From Felis catus (Eukaryota): 60,000 bases of DNA. Made by a program: the position numbers and the translations under genes. Each line of letters opens with the position of its first letter. The stretch's first letter is position 1. The DNA is taken from NCBI RefSeq assembly GCF_018350175.1, contig NC_058368.1:119848001-119908000 (forward strand), given 5' to 3'. Positions 23,593 through 36,456 of the stretch are shown here, in pieces. The notes beneath the pieces are model-generated. The model made no database searches, had not been told where the DNA came from, and was given only the letters and a program-made list of their open reading frames with translations.

Positions 23593-23720
23593 TGAGTGTA
23601 TGAGGGATAGAAATGTCACAGAGAAAAACAAAGCTAGGTAAAGGCATGATGAGGAATAGTGGCTGTATGTTCTAATAACGGGTGGATGTTCTATACAGGG
23701 TGGACATGGAAGACCACAGG
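23410..23720 (-). mobile_element. L2 3' end containing (TG)n at 23551-23590
   Basis: cattcaacaaacagttgttgaacacctaccatg terminus. Confidence 0.65.
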
Positions 23721-25309
23721 TTCCCTGTGGGGTTGCCCATTGCAGCAGACTACATGCGTCCTGGGGTGGATGGACATTTCTGATCTGTGAGCAAATCAGT
23801 GCAACTAAATGATTACCAGAGGCAGACATCAAGTAAGGGACAGCCAGGAGAACTGTAAGTGGTATGTACAGGGTATGAAGTATAGGCATGTTGGTAAAAA
23901 TTCTCTTGGCCGTATCAAGCTGCCCTTTGTGTTGGTTATGCAAGTTTCCGGTTCAGAAGTGATTTGACCCTTTCCTTGCTTGGGAGAAAGAACAGTTTCT
24001 CTTTCTTCCAAAGGTCTTAGTTATTGCTGGAGCAATGACCTAATTAAAATTGGATTCTAGCTTGTAGACTATCTCTGAATGTGTACTATCTTCTACAGAG
24101 CCTCTTGAGGATATTCATTACCTAATCTCATATTTTAAAAAATTCTTTTGTCCAAACCAATGAGTCTTATCATTTATCTCTGAAGCAAATGGTTATACAC
24201 ATTTAATGTTTTATGCAGCTGTTTTATATGGATGTGAGTGGAATTATAGCCAATCTATTTAGCACCTTTTCTGTGCATGATAAGTTATCATGGCTATCTG
24301 CCCAGGCAGGTGGATTTCTTTGTTTCTAGTCCAGGCCTACCAAACAGTGGTTTTGGGTTTCTTTTTTGAGAACAAGGAGAAGCATGTACTGGGGGCACCC
24401 TGTGGCAAGAACTGGAAATGGTGATGTGTTCAAAGGAAAAAGGGGAAGGTTGGATTTGGAACCCTTGGGCAGAGGAAGAGAGGAAATTGGGGTCTAGCTC
24501 TAGATGGTGTTGGAAGGGCCTTGCTTTGGCATTGGGAGTAAAGCTCACTTATACACTAGCTGAAAACTCAGTCATGACATCATCTTTAGTATTCATGAGA
24601 AGAACTCAAACGAGCGTTAATTGTATTCTTCTCAAACCAGGATCAAGCTGATTCATCACCTGTAGGACACAATTGTGACATTTCTCATCCTCCTTTCCCT
24701 TTATCCATTCCTCCTGTGTTTTGTCCTTTTGTTCCAATGTGGTTGGTGCCTTTTGTGAGCTTCCTCCAACCCCCACTCCCAACAATTCCTGCTCACTCAC
24801 TTCTTGCCTCTATCTTCTCCACTGGGATTCCACCTACCCTGCATTTCTACCATGATCCTTGTTCCCATTAAAACATCTGCCTGTCCTCCTGACCATTCCA
24901 GCTAACCTGGTACCTTGCATCTGTGTTCCATTGCCAGCCTCTGGCATACAGTAGGTACTTGAAATGTGGTCATAGCTTAATATGTAACCTCTACCAAATA
25001 CCACAGGTATCTCATAAAGTGTTCTTAGAAATATACGTTGGCATGATCTAAAGGTAGAGCTTTCAAGGTCCTTAGGGATATCAGGGAGAGATACATTTAT
25101 AAAGCTGAACCCTTGATGAAGTTCTTTCGTCTAATCAATTCCTTTGGGCAGAGATTCTGAAATGCTTAGTAAGAATGAAGGTCATTCTATGCATATCTGT
25201 ACAGAATCTGGCCCAGGTGTTATATTAATAATTTTCCTTTCATTAACACTGTCCCACATGAATACTTCTAAGGCTGACCTTCTTGAATCGAGAGACAGGA
25301 TGGTGTGTG

Positions 25310-25530
25310 GAAAGCAAAGCAGATGTACAATGAGAAGTCTCTTAATTTACCTCCTGACTCTGCCTCTTACTAGCAGTAGGATACTGGGTGAGTCTCTTCA
25401 TTTCTCCCAGCTTCTATTATCTTACTGTAAAATGGCAACTTCATTAGCTGACCTACATACTGTGGATTCGAGGGATCATTTGTCATACTGGATATGAATC
25501 TTCTGCACAAATGGTGAAGCGTAGACAAAG
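25310..25530 (+). mobile_element. MIR
   Basis: tcctgactctgcctcttactagcagt...ctgggtgagtctcttcatttctc...ctgtaaaatgg. Confidence 0.65.
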
Positions 25531-25649
25531 ATACAAAGACATGTTTAATTCTAACATTGAACTTTCACTGTAAATCTCAGGTTAGTAGCTTTGTGCTACA
25601 CTTACTTTAACTGATTTGTTGATCTTCATTAGACATTAGCAGAAGTGAG

Positions 25650-26335
25650 TCTGATTCACTTATCCGTGTGGTAGTTGAGTGGTCACTGTATGGCAGGTAG
25701 TGTGCCAAGTGCTATGCCTAGGTATGGAAAAAAAATATTTTATTTTCCCTTAGGGAATTTACAGAGGGAAAAGGATATTAAATAAACACATAAATAACTA
25801 TATAATTATGAATTTATAATTAAAAGCATATTAATTGATTTATGAAGAAAAAATAAGGCCTGTGAGAGAGATATGATAGAGAATGAAAGCCTAATATTGA
25901 AAGAATGAGTAGGAATAAGCCAGGTCACAATAGCAGAGAGAGCAGCACATGGACAAAGCTTCATAAATTCAGGAAACTTAAAGAAGATCACTGGTGGCTC
26001 TGAATGAGGTGGATAATGGGAAGTGCTTTCCCTGGATCCAATAATGAGCAGATGGAGGAATTCATAGATGTTTCCAGAGGTTGGATCATGCAAAGTCTTG
26101 TAAACCCATGGTTAAGATGTTCAATCTCATTGTAAGTTCAGTGCAGAGTGACTGAAGGGTATTGAAGCATGAAACTGATAGGACTAGTAGATTTATCTTA
26201 AAAAAGAAAAAACAGACAAAACACTTCACTCTCTGGTTGCTCTGTGAATAAGTTAGAGGTAGACCTGCAGTGGAAACATGTAGACAGGCTAAGACTTAGT
26301 TTTATTGCATTGGTCCTGACAAGAAATGGGAGTGA
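25650..26335 (-). mobile_element. L2 fragment
   Basis: ttgagtggtcactgtatggcagg terminus; ggatcatgcaaagtcttgtaaacccatggttaaga; tcactctctggttgctctgtg. Confidence 0.7.
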
Positions 26336-26336
26336 C

Positions 26337-26620
26337 TGTGGTTATCATTGGTGCTGTTCATTGCATATTTCTACTTCTCTTCTTTCTGGATTTCATTTGT
26401 CAGTTCCTTTTCATGTATGAGCTTTAAATTCTTACTTTGGTTAGTGAAACTGAGAACTCATGTCAGCTCTGGACAGAAAATTTAAGAACTAAGGGGCGCC
26501 AGGGGGGCTCAGTCGGTTAAGCATGCGACTCTTGCTTTTGGTTCAGGTCATGGTCTCATGGTTCGTGAGTTTGAGTCCCGTGTCGGGCTCTGCACTGATG
26601 GTGTGGAGCCTGCTTGGGAT

Positions 26621-26679
<59 letters not shown>

Positions 26680-27041
26680 CCTCCCTCCCCCCTCTCCCTC
26701 TCTCCCTCTCTCCCCTCTCTCCCCTCTCTCCCCTCTCCTTCTCTCTGCCCCTCCCTGCTTCTCTCTCTCTCTCAAATAAATTAAACATTTTTTTAAAGGA
26801 AGTTTAAGAATTAGTGTGTGTTTCTGTCTTTTCTATCTTTCTCCTTTGATGTGTATGGAAATAGCTTATCCATGGAAGTTTCCAGCATTGTGAGCCCCTG
26901 AATGACTATGATTGACAGAGTCTCCCTGCTGACCAACGCTGGATGTTAGTATAAGCAAACAGTACACCTTTGTTGTATCCTGAACCGCTGAGATTTGGAG
27001 GATGTTTGTTACTACAGCAGAAAGTGTCTTGACCGATACCG
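26337..27041 (+). mobile_element. MLT1H/I-like solo LTR split by a SINE
   Basis: tgtggttatcattggtgctg start; acctttgttgt...ccgctgagatttggaggatgtttgttactacagca...gaccgatac end. Confidence 0.7.
26493..26797 (+). mobile_element. Can-SINE with expanded CT tract
   Basis: ggggcgccaggggggctcagtcggttaagc; TSD-like aatttaagaacta / agtttaagaatta. Confidence 0.95.
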
Positions 27042-27519
27042 TGCTTCCACATAAACATGCTCATTAGTTTGCATTTTTACAAAGATGTTGATACTGCAAT
27101 GAGTGACCCTTTTGAATTCTTTTGGTAGAACTATAGCTCATCTTTGTTGCACTTGTTTACGTTCTGATTCAGAGCATTATTCTTGCAACATTAATTAGTG
27201 AAATGTATCAATATCCTGGTCTTTCAGTCTGTGCCGTTAAGCACTTTCATAATTGTTTTAGTTACCTCCTTCTATTTATTATTGTTTGTATATCCTTCAA
27301 AACAGAGATGCGTTTCAACAGCTGAACATACGGTGTGTCTGAATTGTTACATTCTTTAATTTGTGTTTTCAAGTAGTGGTGGATTTGTATGTCTCTGCAT
27401 GTGAATATTAAGACTCTTGTGAGATGCTTTTTTATTCCTGTGTCATCCCTGCCCATTCTAGGCAACAAGCATAATTTTGGGCATTCAAATATATGTTCTT
27501 AGTCTCCTGTGCCTATTTA

Positions 27520-27652
27520 GTGTGTATGTGTGTGTATGTACATACATACATACACATACATATATACATACGCATAGATTTATATATGCATATGTGTGTA
27601 TATAAATATATATAAAATGTATATATTTGGGTATATTTAGATATGTATATAT
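27520..27652. repeat. Degenerate (TA/TG/CA)n low-complexity tract
   Basis: Alternating purine-pyrimidine tract. Confidence 0.85.
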
Positions 27653-27967
27653 GAAAGCCAAGTTGTTCTTCCTTGCCACCTGCATGCCTGTTTCTTACCC
27701 ACTCACATACCCATGCTATAGGAGAGAGTAGGCTGTGTATTTAAAGCATTGGCCCCTTCCCTAGCAACCTGCGTTCTGGTGTTTAAATGGCTTGCAGGTT
27801 GCAGCAAGGACAGGAAGAGTTAATTGCTGGCTTTATTTTGTTGGGAGAGGCAGCTTTCATTTCACATTGATTTTCTGCATTCTCTGTGCCAATTTGTGAC
27901 AGCTTGTTTCGCAGCCCCACATTTGTTTAAAGCTCTATAACAGACTGATTCTATTTTTTCCCCATGA

Positions 27968-27983
27968 TTTTTCTTTTTTCTTC

Positions 27984-28018
<35 letters not shown>

Positions 28019-28041
28019 TTTTTTTTTTTTTTTTTTTTTTT
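27968..28041. repeat. (TTTC)n plus poly-T
   Basis: Direct reading. Confidence 0.95.
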
Positions 28042-28647
28042 AACTTAGGAGAACATGGCTTTGCACGTGGTTGGGAACCTAGATAAGCTTCTCTCTCTGG
28101 AGACCTTGATTGGCAGCTCCCCCTGTCGTGCAGATGTGAAATGAGGAAAACTAATTTTCCCATCGACTTTCTAGTTTCTATTACTATCTGTCATTTCACA
28201 TTGGTGCTCATTACAGCCATCTTCTTGCCAGATGGAAATCTGCCTACTCACTGGTGTCTATTTTCTGCCACTCATGGATCATGACAATGTCAGACAATAT
28301 GTCAGTAAACTCCCTTCAGTATCCTTTCTTGCACTGGATGGATCGGTGACATTGTGTAAAATGCTTGATATTGGCAGGCAACTACCTTCATGTTATATGT
28401 GAACAAAGGAAAGGCAAGGCCAGAAAATCCAGGTTCCTTGAGAAAAGTTGCCCATGACACCAGAAGAGATAGATGGTGTTGGCAAAACAGATGAATAATT
28501 TGGTAGCCATAGCTGGTTTCTGAAAACTGAACCAGTGTGACTAATCACCCCTGTGAACAACTGAAGTGTTATAATGTGCCCAGCTGATGTTGGAAGGTCC
28601 TATACTGTGGTGACAAGTCACATTTAGAAACCAGGCCTGGGTTAAAC

Positions 28648-28835
28648 CAGTGTTTCTCAGAGTGTGGTCCTGGACTGGAAGCATCAGTATCCCCTGGGAA
28701 CTTGTTAGAAATGTACATTCTGAGGTCCCAGCCCAGTCCCACTGAATCGGAATCTTTGGGAGTGGGACCTAGCAATCTGTGTTTTAAGAAGTCCTCCAGG
28801 TGAGGCTGGTGCTTGCTAAAATGTGAGAAGCACTG
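28648..28835. mobile_element. MER5A hAT-Charlie MITE, full length
   Basis: TIRs cagtgtttctca / tgagaagcactg; cctgggaacttgttagaaatg; 8-bp TSD ggttaaac / acttaaac. Confidence 0.92.
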
Positions 28836-29507
28836 ACTTAAACTGAAGTGGGCAGTGGAGAATCGGTGCAACATGGGAGAGTTATTTAATTGAGTTGGTA
28901 ACCCAGATAGTTGTTTCCATTTATCAATTTCTTTTTTAATGGGTAGGCATGGGGAGGGGATGTTTCTGTATCTGTTGTATTGAACCTATAGCTTAAGAAA
29001 TGTAGTCAAAATGCCAGCTTATTTTTGTTTTCCACACATCCTTTAAAATTTATTGACCGAAACAAGGCCTTCCCTGCCTTCAGCAGAAAGCTCATGGAGG
29101 CCTCTCTAAGCATTCTGAGGCAATGAAAGTCTTATGAACTCTCTCAGGGCTAATAGGTCTCAATGCAATTGCTAGGCTGCATCTCCACTCTGGCTGAGCT
29201 GGCTGCAGGGGGAACCTCTAGCAGGGTTCTTTATTCCTCACTCACACCCTCCTCCTTGCATCCTTACATTCTGGCAGTTCTCTTGATGATAGTCTCCCTG
29301 TTGAAGTTCTAATGCCCTCCCAGGTAGTGCTTTTGGGCACAGTTCAAGCAGTTCCAGGCTGGCTTTGTGTTTCCAACATGGTCCTTATCTGTATCAAGGG
29401 AAACCCTCAATTGTCTTTGCCTAAGGGCTACAGTCAAAGTAAGCTGACCACACCTCCGTAGCCACTCGTTGGGCTGCACTGCCCAAGATATCTGTCAACT
29501 TCTAGAT

Positions 29508-29632
29508 CACATGCTGGTAAACCATGGCCCATGGGCCAATACTGGCCCACTGCCTGTTTGTTTGTTTGTTTGTTTGTTTGTTTGTTTGTTTGTTTTTAAT
29601 GTTTATTTATTTTGAGAGGTTTGCCAACCTTG
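29508..29632. mobile_element. Internally deleted MER58-like MITE
   Basis: ggtaaaccatggcccatgggccaatactggcccactgcctgttt left end; gtttgccaaccttg right end; TSD ttctagat / ttctagaa. Confidence 0.75.
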
Positions 29633-31390
29633 TTCTAGAATTTGGGTGTGGGGGAGGGGGAGGACAGGGGAAGGAAGCAGGAGGAGGAAATGGGAAGTCA
29701 TACTCCACTCCACTTTGCCTCTCAAACTTCAGGGATTTATCAAGTTCTTCAGGTAGTCACCTTGAAGGATTCTACCCCTCTCTTGCCTTTAAGGAAAGAA
29801 AGTAGCTACACGGCAGCAGCTTATGCAATAAATTACTGTAAAAATCCTCTATTTTTTTTTTAGCTCTCAATGTCTGTATTCCCTTTGTGTAAATGAGGAG
29901 TCATAGTCATAAAGCCCATCTGGGCCATCCATTTTGAAAACATGGAATTTAGTTTGGTACTTCATTTTGGTGTCTCAAAGTTATCACCTGAGGTCTTTAG
30001 CCAACACTCATGATTTATATCCCAATGACATTTGTGTTTAAACAGTTAAATAAAACTCAGCTGACATTCTGGGATCTTGATTAGAGAAAGATGTAGGGAA
30101 ACTGTGGACTAAATTAAAACTTAGTTGATACCTTCTTCTGTCGTTGAGAATCAAGGTTCAGAGACATACTTTGAAGAGATAAGCAGGGAAGCTTCCTGAG
30201 ATTGTTTACAGGTTACTTGCCTAAATAATATGTTTGGTCATTTCTGAAATCCACATCAGGCTTTCTGCCCAAATCTAATGTTGCAAATAAAAAAATCTAA
30301 GCATCATTTTGTCTCTTTCAAAGAGGCTCAAGATAGGTTTCATGCTGATCAGTGCTCCTGTGTGAAAGACAGATTAGCCTCTTTTCCAGTCTCTGAGATG
30401 TAAACTGACTGGTAACATCTTCTAGTCAAGTACAGTACTTTGTTTATTATTCATTTGCTAGTTGTTTCTTTTTCTTTTTTAGCATTGTTGGATTCACTTT
30501 ATAGAAATACTTGTATATTTTGGAAATGATGGAGACATAGGCAAATGGTCCATAAAAAAGAAGCCATCCCTCATGCTGGTAAGGAGAGCATGTCTCAGAT
30601 TGCCTTTGAGATGATCCAAAAAAAAATAAAATAAACATGTATAGAACATGTCACATGAGGCCTTCCATCCCAGCCTTCACACTAGCAACTAGTGCATCAC
30701 TGTGCAGGTGGGCTGGTTTGATGAACAAGTAATCAAAATAGCTGAACCATGAAACCATGGATTTGACTATTTTGTATTCTTCATACCCAAATCCAATGAA
30801 CTTTCTGGTGAGCTTACTGACTTTGTGCTTTGCCACCAATGGAAATCCTATAAGCTAAACCTATTGAGTGTATTTTGCTCACTTTTTATGTCTTGTTAGT
30901 AGATATGTTGCCAGTTTATAGTTTTACAAAATACTCAGTAATGTGTTTACTACTATTTTTCATATTTGTAGTGGAATGGTAGTAACATATTAGGTAGTAA
31001 AGAGGAGAGCTTCCTGCATCTGTTATTAGTATATATACTTTAACATTTTTATTAAATCCTGCTTTTCCTCAATCTTCTTATGTTTATGTCCAGTCTGATT
31101 TATTTTAGTCTGACATGATTATGAGCTCATGCTAATTTACATAGCCAGAGTACAAGGCAGGTTGTTAAAAGAAAGTGGGAATTTGCTTTAATTTATTTCA
31201 CGGCTAATTCCTCATTAAGTCCTTTCAGCATGAGCTCTAAAAATATTAGTTATCTTATGTCTCCAAGTTGTTTTTAAAAGTTATTCACAAGTTTTGTAGC
31301 TTGACTAGATGTGAAAATGCCTCCTTCCATGAAAAGTTTGGAGTAGTTAATACAAATAAGCTATTGGTATAAACACTTTAGAATATATTG

Positions 31391-31393
<3 letters not shown>

Positions 31394-31438
<45 letters not shown>
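31394..31438. repeat. (CA)n microsatellite
   Basis: Direct reading. Confidence 0.97.
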
Positions 31439-31439
<1 letters not shown>

Positions 31440-33339
31440 TTATGTAAATTCACCCCAGAGAGAGACTCCCATATAGGTTTGCCTGCTTTAGCTATTTATT
31501 TGTACTATTTTATCAGAGTTTTTTTTTTATTTCTTCAGGACTTAGGTCTGCAGTACAAACAACCATGTTTTTTATTGTTACATCTCAATAATTCCTTGCA
31601 TTTGTACCTATATACCATAACTTTTTGAAACCTTTGCTGTAAGAGTAAAAAATGAGATTCTCAACTGGTTCCTGTGAGTTAAAGGCTCTAGTGTGCATCT
31701 CTCCTGTAGGTACTGGAGAGAAATGACAGCAAGTTTGCTAATACAGAGGAGCAGCGTGCTGATTTGTATTCCCTTGAAGCAGATGTTGACTGAACTCCTA
31801 CTATGTGTGAAACAAGATGCCTGGTGCTCGGGGGAATCTGAAGATTAAAGTGACACCATCACTGTGCATACTGAGCCTTAGGAACACTCCTGACCTACAT
31901 GTACAGTTTTACCAGAGTTATCTAACTATGAGATGACTCACATGAGATTATGTTGTGCCCTCAAGTTATATCTAAGTCATTGCTATTTTCTCCATTCCTT
32001 GAGGTGCAAGTGGCTCACCATTAAGTGGAATTTTTTCACCTGGCATTTTAAGAACCTAATATTCTTATACTAATATTTAATATCTAATATCCTAATATCT
32101 AATACTGCAACTTTACAACATTATATAGAGGCAGAGACAGAGAGAGACAGAGACAGTAATTAGGCTTCTTTGGCTTTTGTAATTTCTTTTCTCTGATCAT
32201 TTCTAAATAGAAGCCATTTCCAGTGAACAAAGTGCTCGCGTTTTACCATTTGGGGGCCGCCATATCAATTACAAGGACATTTGTTGAGGTGAAACCATTT
32301 GAATATATAATGACAGTTGATGCACATTTTTCCTCATTCTATAAATCTTATTGAAATGTTGAAGTATATTTCATTAAAAGCCAGTCCAGTCCACAAAGTC
32401 CACTCAGTATAATCTTCCTTAGTCTGATTGATAAATCAGAAGAACAAACGGCATTTCATACATAGAACTTAGTTTATCATGAATATAGCAACAGTTATTA
32501 TCATATCCTTATACTCACCTCATTTTCTCATCCTCGGCCCATCACCTGGCACCAAATGTGTACTGCAGTTCTCTATTTTCTAAATCTCCACATGAGAAAA
32601 GATCTCAGATTGATTGTACCTCTGATAGCAGAGCAAAGAACTAAGGAATTTTGGGTGCGAGAATTTTTCCTTTGAGAATCTGTAAACTCGAGTTCAAATA
32701 CTTCATTGTTTCAGCTTTGTCTTTAACTTATGTTCCCATATCCCCCACTCATAATGCCATAGTCGTAAAATAGGCACAGCTATGATCTCAGTGCCTCTTC
32801 ACTTTCAGTATGTTTACTTTCTAAATATATTGATTGTTTTCTCTGCATGATACACTTTCACCCTTGGCTTACAACAAGAAGAGTTTCAGTTCTGTGTCAC
32901 ACAGCAAAGGAAGTTTGAATAAATCAAGACAGAATTCTTATGGGTATAGGAGCCTGCTGGATGGGCTTGCTAAAGAAGGCAGAGGCTCGAGAGGCCTCCT
33001 TGAGAGATGTCCACCACACATGACTCACAGGTGTGATATCCCTACTAGTTTGATACAAGGAAGGGATCAGGAGCCCAAGAGGGAGGAAGGAGGTGGCCAC
33101 CTGGAACCCTGTAGCATCTGGTCAGGTAGAGTTCCTAAGCATGGTATGTGTATCAGAACCTCTTGTCCAGAGCACAGCTGCAGAGAACTGCTTACCACAG
33201 GAATCCTCCTGTAACACATCAGTGTGTTTATTTTCTTTTATTACTGGGCGCAGTGCTTTGGGGGAAGAGAGATGTCTAATAAGTCACAGTAAATTTTAAC
33301 ATGATGGAGAACATTATACATGGACGGCAACCTGGAAAT

Positions 33340-33830
33340 GACTCATTCAAAACCATCTATATACCAGGCACTGTTTGAGATCCTAGGATTCAATGATGGG
33401 AAAGACAGATAACAGTTCCTCTCTATGTGGACCTTACAATCTAAAGAGAGGAGTCAAACAGTAACAAAGCAAGCAAATATCAAGAAAACATTATATATTC
33501 ATAAATACTATAAAGGAAAGAAACCAAAATCATGATAATCATTAGATTTTCACTTTTAAGTTGGGCAACTGGAAAAGACCTCCCTACATGGAGTCATTTG
33601 AGCTGAGCCCTGGTGGAGGAAAAGGAGCCAGTGATAGGAAAATTTGAGGGAAGAGCATTTCCAGGCAGATGGAACAACAGGTAAAATGGCATGAGCTATG
33701 AGAAGCTTTCCATGTTTGGGAACAGAGAAAAGGCTAGTGTGATTGGGACAGAGTGAGGGAGGGGAGTAGTTGGCCAATGTTTGGAAAGGTAGGTAGAGGC
33801 TATATCATGAGACCTTGTAGGCCGACTTAT
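33340..33830 (-). mobile_element. L2 3' region
   Basis: ctcattca...ctatataccaggcactgtt; catttgagctgag; gggaagagcatttccaggcaga. Confidence 0.8.
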
Positions 33831-34513
33831 AGGTCAAGTATGAATCCCTCCTCTTAAAGATAAAGGAGTTGAAGCTCAAAGACACATGGTGCTTTGTGTC
33901 TTTACCAAGGTGGTGAGTGACAGCCCAGGCTCCGATTGCTGCTCTGACCTCTATGTCACAGTCACATTCTTACTAAAGGTGGGGTTCACTTAAATTCTTA
34001 CATTATACATTGATTTTCATATATAACGGGGAGTTACAATGTCAAATCATATGAAATTCATAACAGAAATATTGATAAAAAATAAAAGAAATGAGCATAC
34101 TTCCAGAGGGGAAATATGCCAAACTTGCACTGTCTTTTTCAATTCTCCGTGATGTAGGATTATACTTTCTCCTGTATTCAACTGAAATGCACACGGAATG
34201 CACAGACACAAACACAGATACCATATGTGTGAAAAGGAGAAAAATATCATTCCACTCGTACTTTTAATTTGTTTCCATGTAAATAGGGCTTAGTTGGTGA
34301 CCTTTGGGGAAGCCGTGGCCATATTGAGTCTGCCGACAGCATTGACAAGCGGGAGCATGCAGTTTTCTGTGCACTTTGCAGACAGATGTATGTTTGCAAT
34401 ATTAGCATTGCTTTGGGGCAACAAAAAATGTGCCCGACTTACCTTTACTCTCCATTCACCCATCCATTCATCCATTGACTCAGTCATGGCTGTTTCATTA
34501 AGAGATAACTTAC

Positions 34514-34620
34514 GGGGCACCTGGCTGGCTCAGCTGGCAAAGCATGTGACTCTTGATCTCAGGATCTTAAGTTTGATCCCCATGTTGGGTTTAGAGGTTA
34601 CTTAAAATTAAAAAAAAAAA
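34514..34620 (+). mobile_element. Short old Can-SINE
   Basis: ggggcacctggctggctcag...tagaggttacttaaaa; TSD agataactta on both sides. Confidence 0.92.
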
Positions 34621-34689
34621 GATAACTTATGTGCAGTACATCTTGCTGAGTTCTCTAATGCTCCATAAGACAAAGACTTTGCCGCCCAG

Positions 34690-34810
34690 ATTTAAAATTT
34701 GTGCCTCACAGATAGGGAAATAAGCTCAGTGAGGAGAAGTGAATTACTCAAGTTAACACAGCTGATAGATGGTAGGAATGATGTCTGGATCTAAGCATTT
34801 CAAACTCCTG
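34690..34810 (-). mobile_element. MIR fragment
   Basis: acagatagggaaataagctcagtgaggagaagtgaattactcaagttaacacagct. Confidence 0.6.
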
Positions 34811-35359
34811 TTCTCTTCATTTATCTAGTATTTGTGGAGCACCTCTTTCCTAGGCATTGTGTTAGGCCCTGACAACAGAAGTGAGTATCAGACATGGTGC
34901 CCTCGTGGAGCTTACAGCCTATGCTGGACAACTTTCCAATGCCTCAGAAATAGCCCAAAGAAAGAGAGATGAGAGGATGGTTTTCTTACATTTAGTTTTT
35001 GGAAGAAAAGGTCAGCTTGGTGCATTAAGCCAGAATCTGTTGGCACACGGAGTACCCAAGGCTGTTATTCTTCTGCCAGTTGGGCACTGGCACCACTGAT
35101 TGTTCATTGGCTTCAAAAGAAGCTTTACTGGACTGATTGATTATTTCACAATAGCATTTGTGGCAGGAAGATGTTTACTTGGCCTCTCTTTCACTGCCTC
35201 CCCTTAGGTGGCCAGGTAAATAGTGGCTACTTCTCTTGTATAAAGACAAATGACAAGTGTGGCACTTTCACAGTATTTGTAGACCAAGCTTTATGTCTTG
35301 TGTCCTGTGAAGTCACCTATCTGACGATAGATGAATAGAGTAAGAGTATGATGTGCTGA

Positions 35360-35790
35360 TAAAAGAAAATAGAAGTCTTGGAGTCAAAATGATATGAGTT
35401 CAATTCTGACTCTACTAATTGCTACCTACAAGTGATTTATTGTTTCTTGACCTCATTTTTCTCAGCATTGTACTAGGAATAATAAGGGTACCTGCTGCAA
35501 AGGGTGGTTGAAGTGTTCATGAAGCACTCGAGTGGCTCAGTTGGTTGAGTGTCAGACTTTGGCTCAGGTCATGATCTCACGGTTCATGAATTCTAGCCCC
35601 ACATGGGGGCTGTCAGCACAGAGCCTGCTTCAGATCCTCTGTCCCCCTCTCTGTCTGCCCCTTCCCTGCTAATGCTCTCTCTCTCAAAAAAAAAAACATT
35701 AAAAAAAAAGTTGATGAGATAATTCTTCAAGAGAGCTTAGTTGAGTGGTATAACTTAGTTGTTAAAGGTTTCTGGCATGGTTTTGGTGTT
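35360..35790 (+). mobile_element. MIR split by a SINE
   Basis: ttggagtcaaa...gagttcaattctgactctacta...cctcatttttctcagcattgtactaggaataata. Confidence 0.65.
35521..35709 (+). mobile_element. Can-SINE
   Basis: gtggctcagttggttgagtgtcagactttggctcaggtcatgatctc, CT tract, A tail. Confidence 0.92.
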
Positions 35791-36359
35791 CAAATTCTAC
35801 CAAGCACTCATTTGCCTCTTGGTAAGGGAACTGTATCCCCAAATATTAATGGAAAACAAAGTGTAAAAATTATATATTTTTTAATTGCCTAGTGTTCAGT
35901 TTCCTATTCTTGTTGTGTCATATTACTCCAAACTAGGTGGCTTAAAATAACCTAGATATATTACATTTCTGGAGGTCAGAAGTCTGAAATGAGTTTTACT
36001 GGGGTTAAAAATCAAAGATGTCCACAGAGCTGATTCTTTCTAGAGGCTCCTGGGGATAATTTGTTCCTTGCTGCTTCTAGCATTGGGGTCTGTTGGTATA
36101 TGGTGGTATATGGCTGAATCACTCCCATTCCCCTTCGTAGTCAAATAGCCTTCTTCTCTCTGACCTCTGATCTCCCATCTCCCTTTTATAAGGAGCCGTG
36201 TGATTCTATTGAGCACACTTGGATAATCCTGGATAATTTCCCCATCTCAAGATCCTTAATCATATCTGCAGTCTTTTTTTTACCATGTAATGTGGGTTAA
36301 ATTGTGTCTCTTAAAAATATATGTTAAAGCCCTAATCCCGAGTACCAGTGAATATGACC

Positions 36360-36456
36360 TTGCTAGCTAAAAGTTATTTATTGTTTCTTGGCCTCTTTTT
36401 TTCTCAGCTTTGTACTAGGAATAATAAGGGTACCTGCTGCAAAGGGTTGGTTAAGT
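36360..36456 (+). repeat. Dispersed duplicate of 35419-35514
   Basis: About 90% identity, including a 38-nt exact run ttgtactaggaataataagggtacctgctgcaaagggt. Confidence 0.93.

Noticed and set aside
32519..32621. Minus-strand exon ending at strong donor GAG|GTGAGT
   Set aside because: All three frames contain stops with the plausible acceptors; only a non-coding exon remains possible and is unsupported
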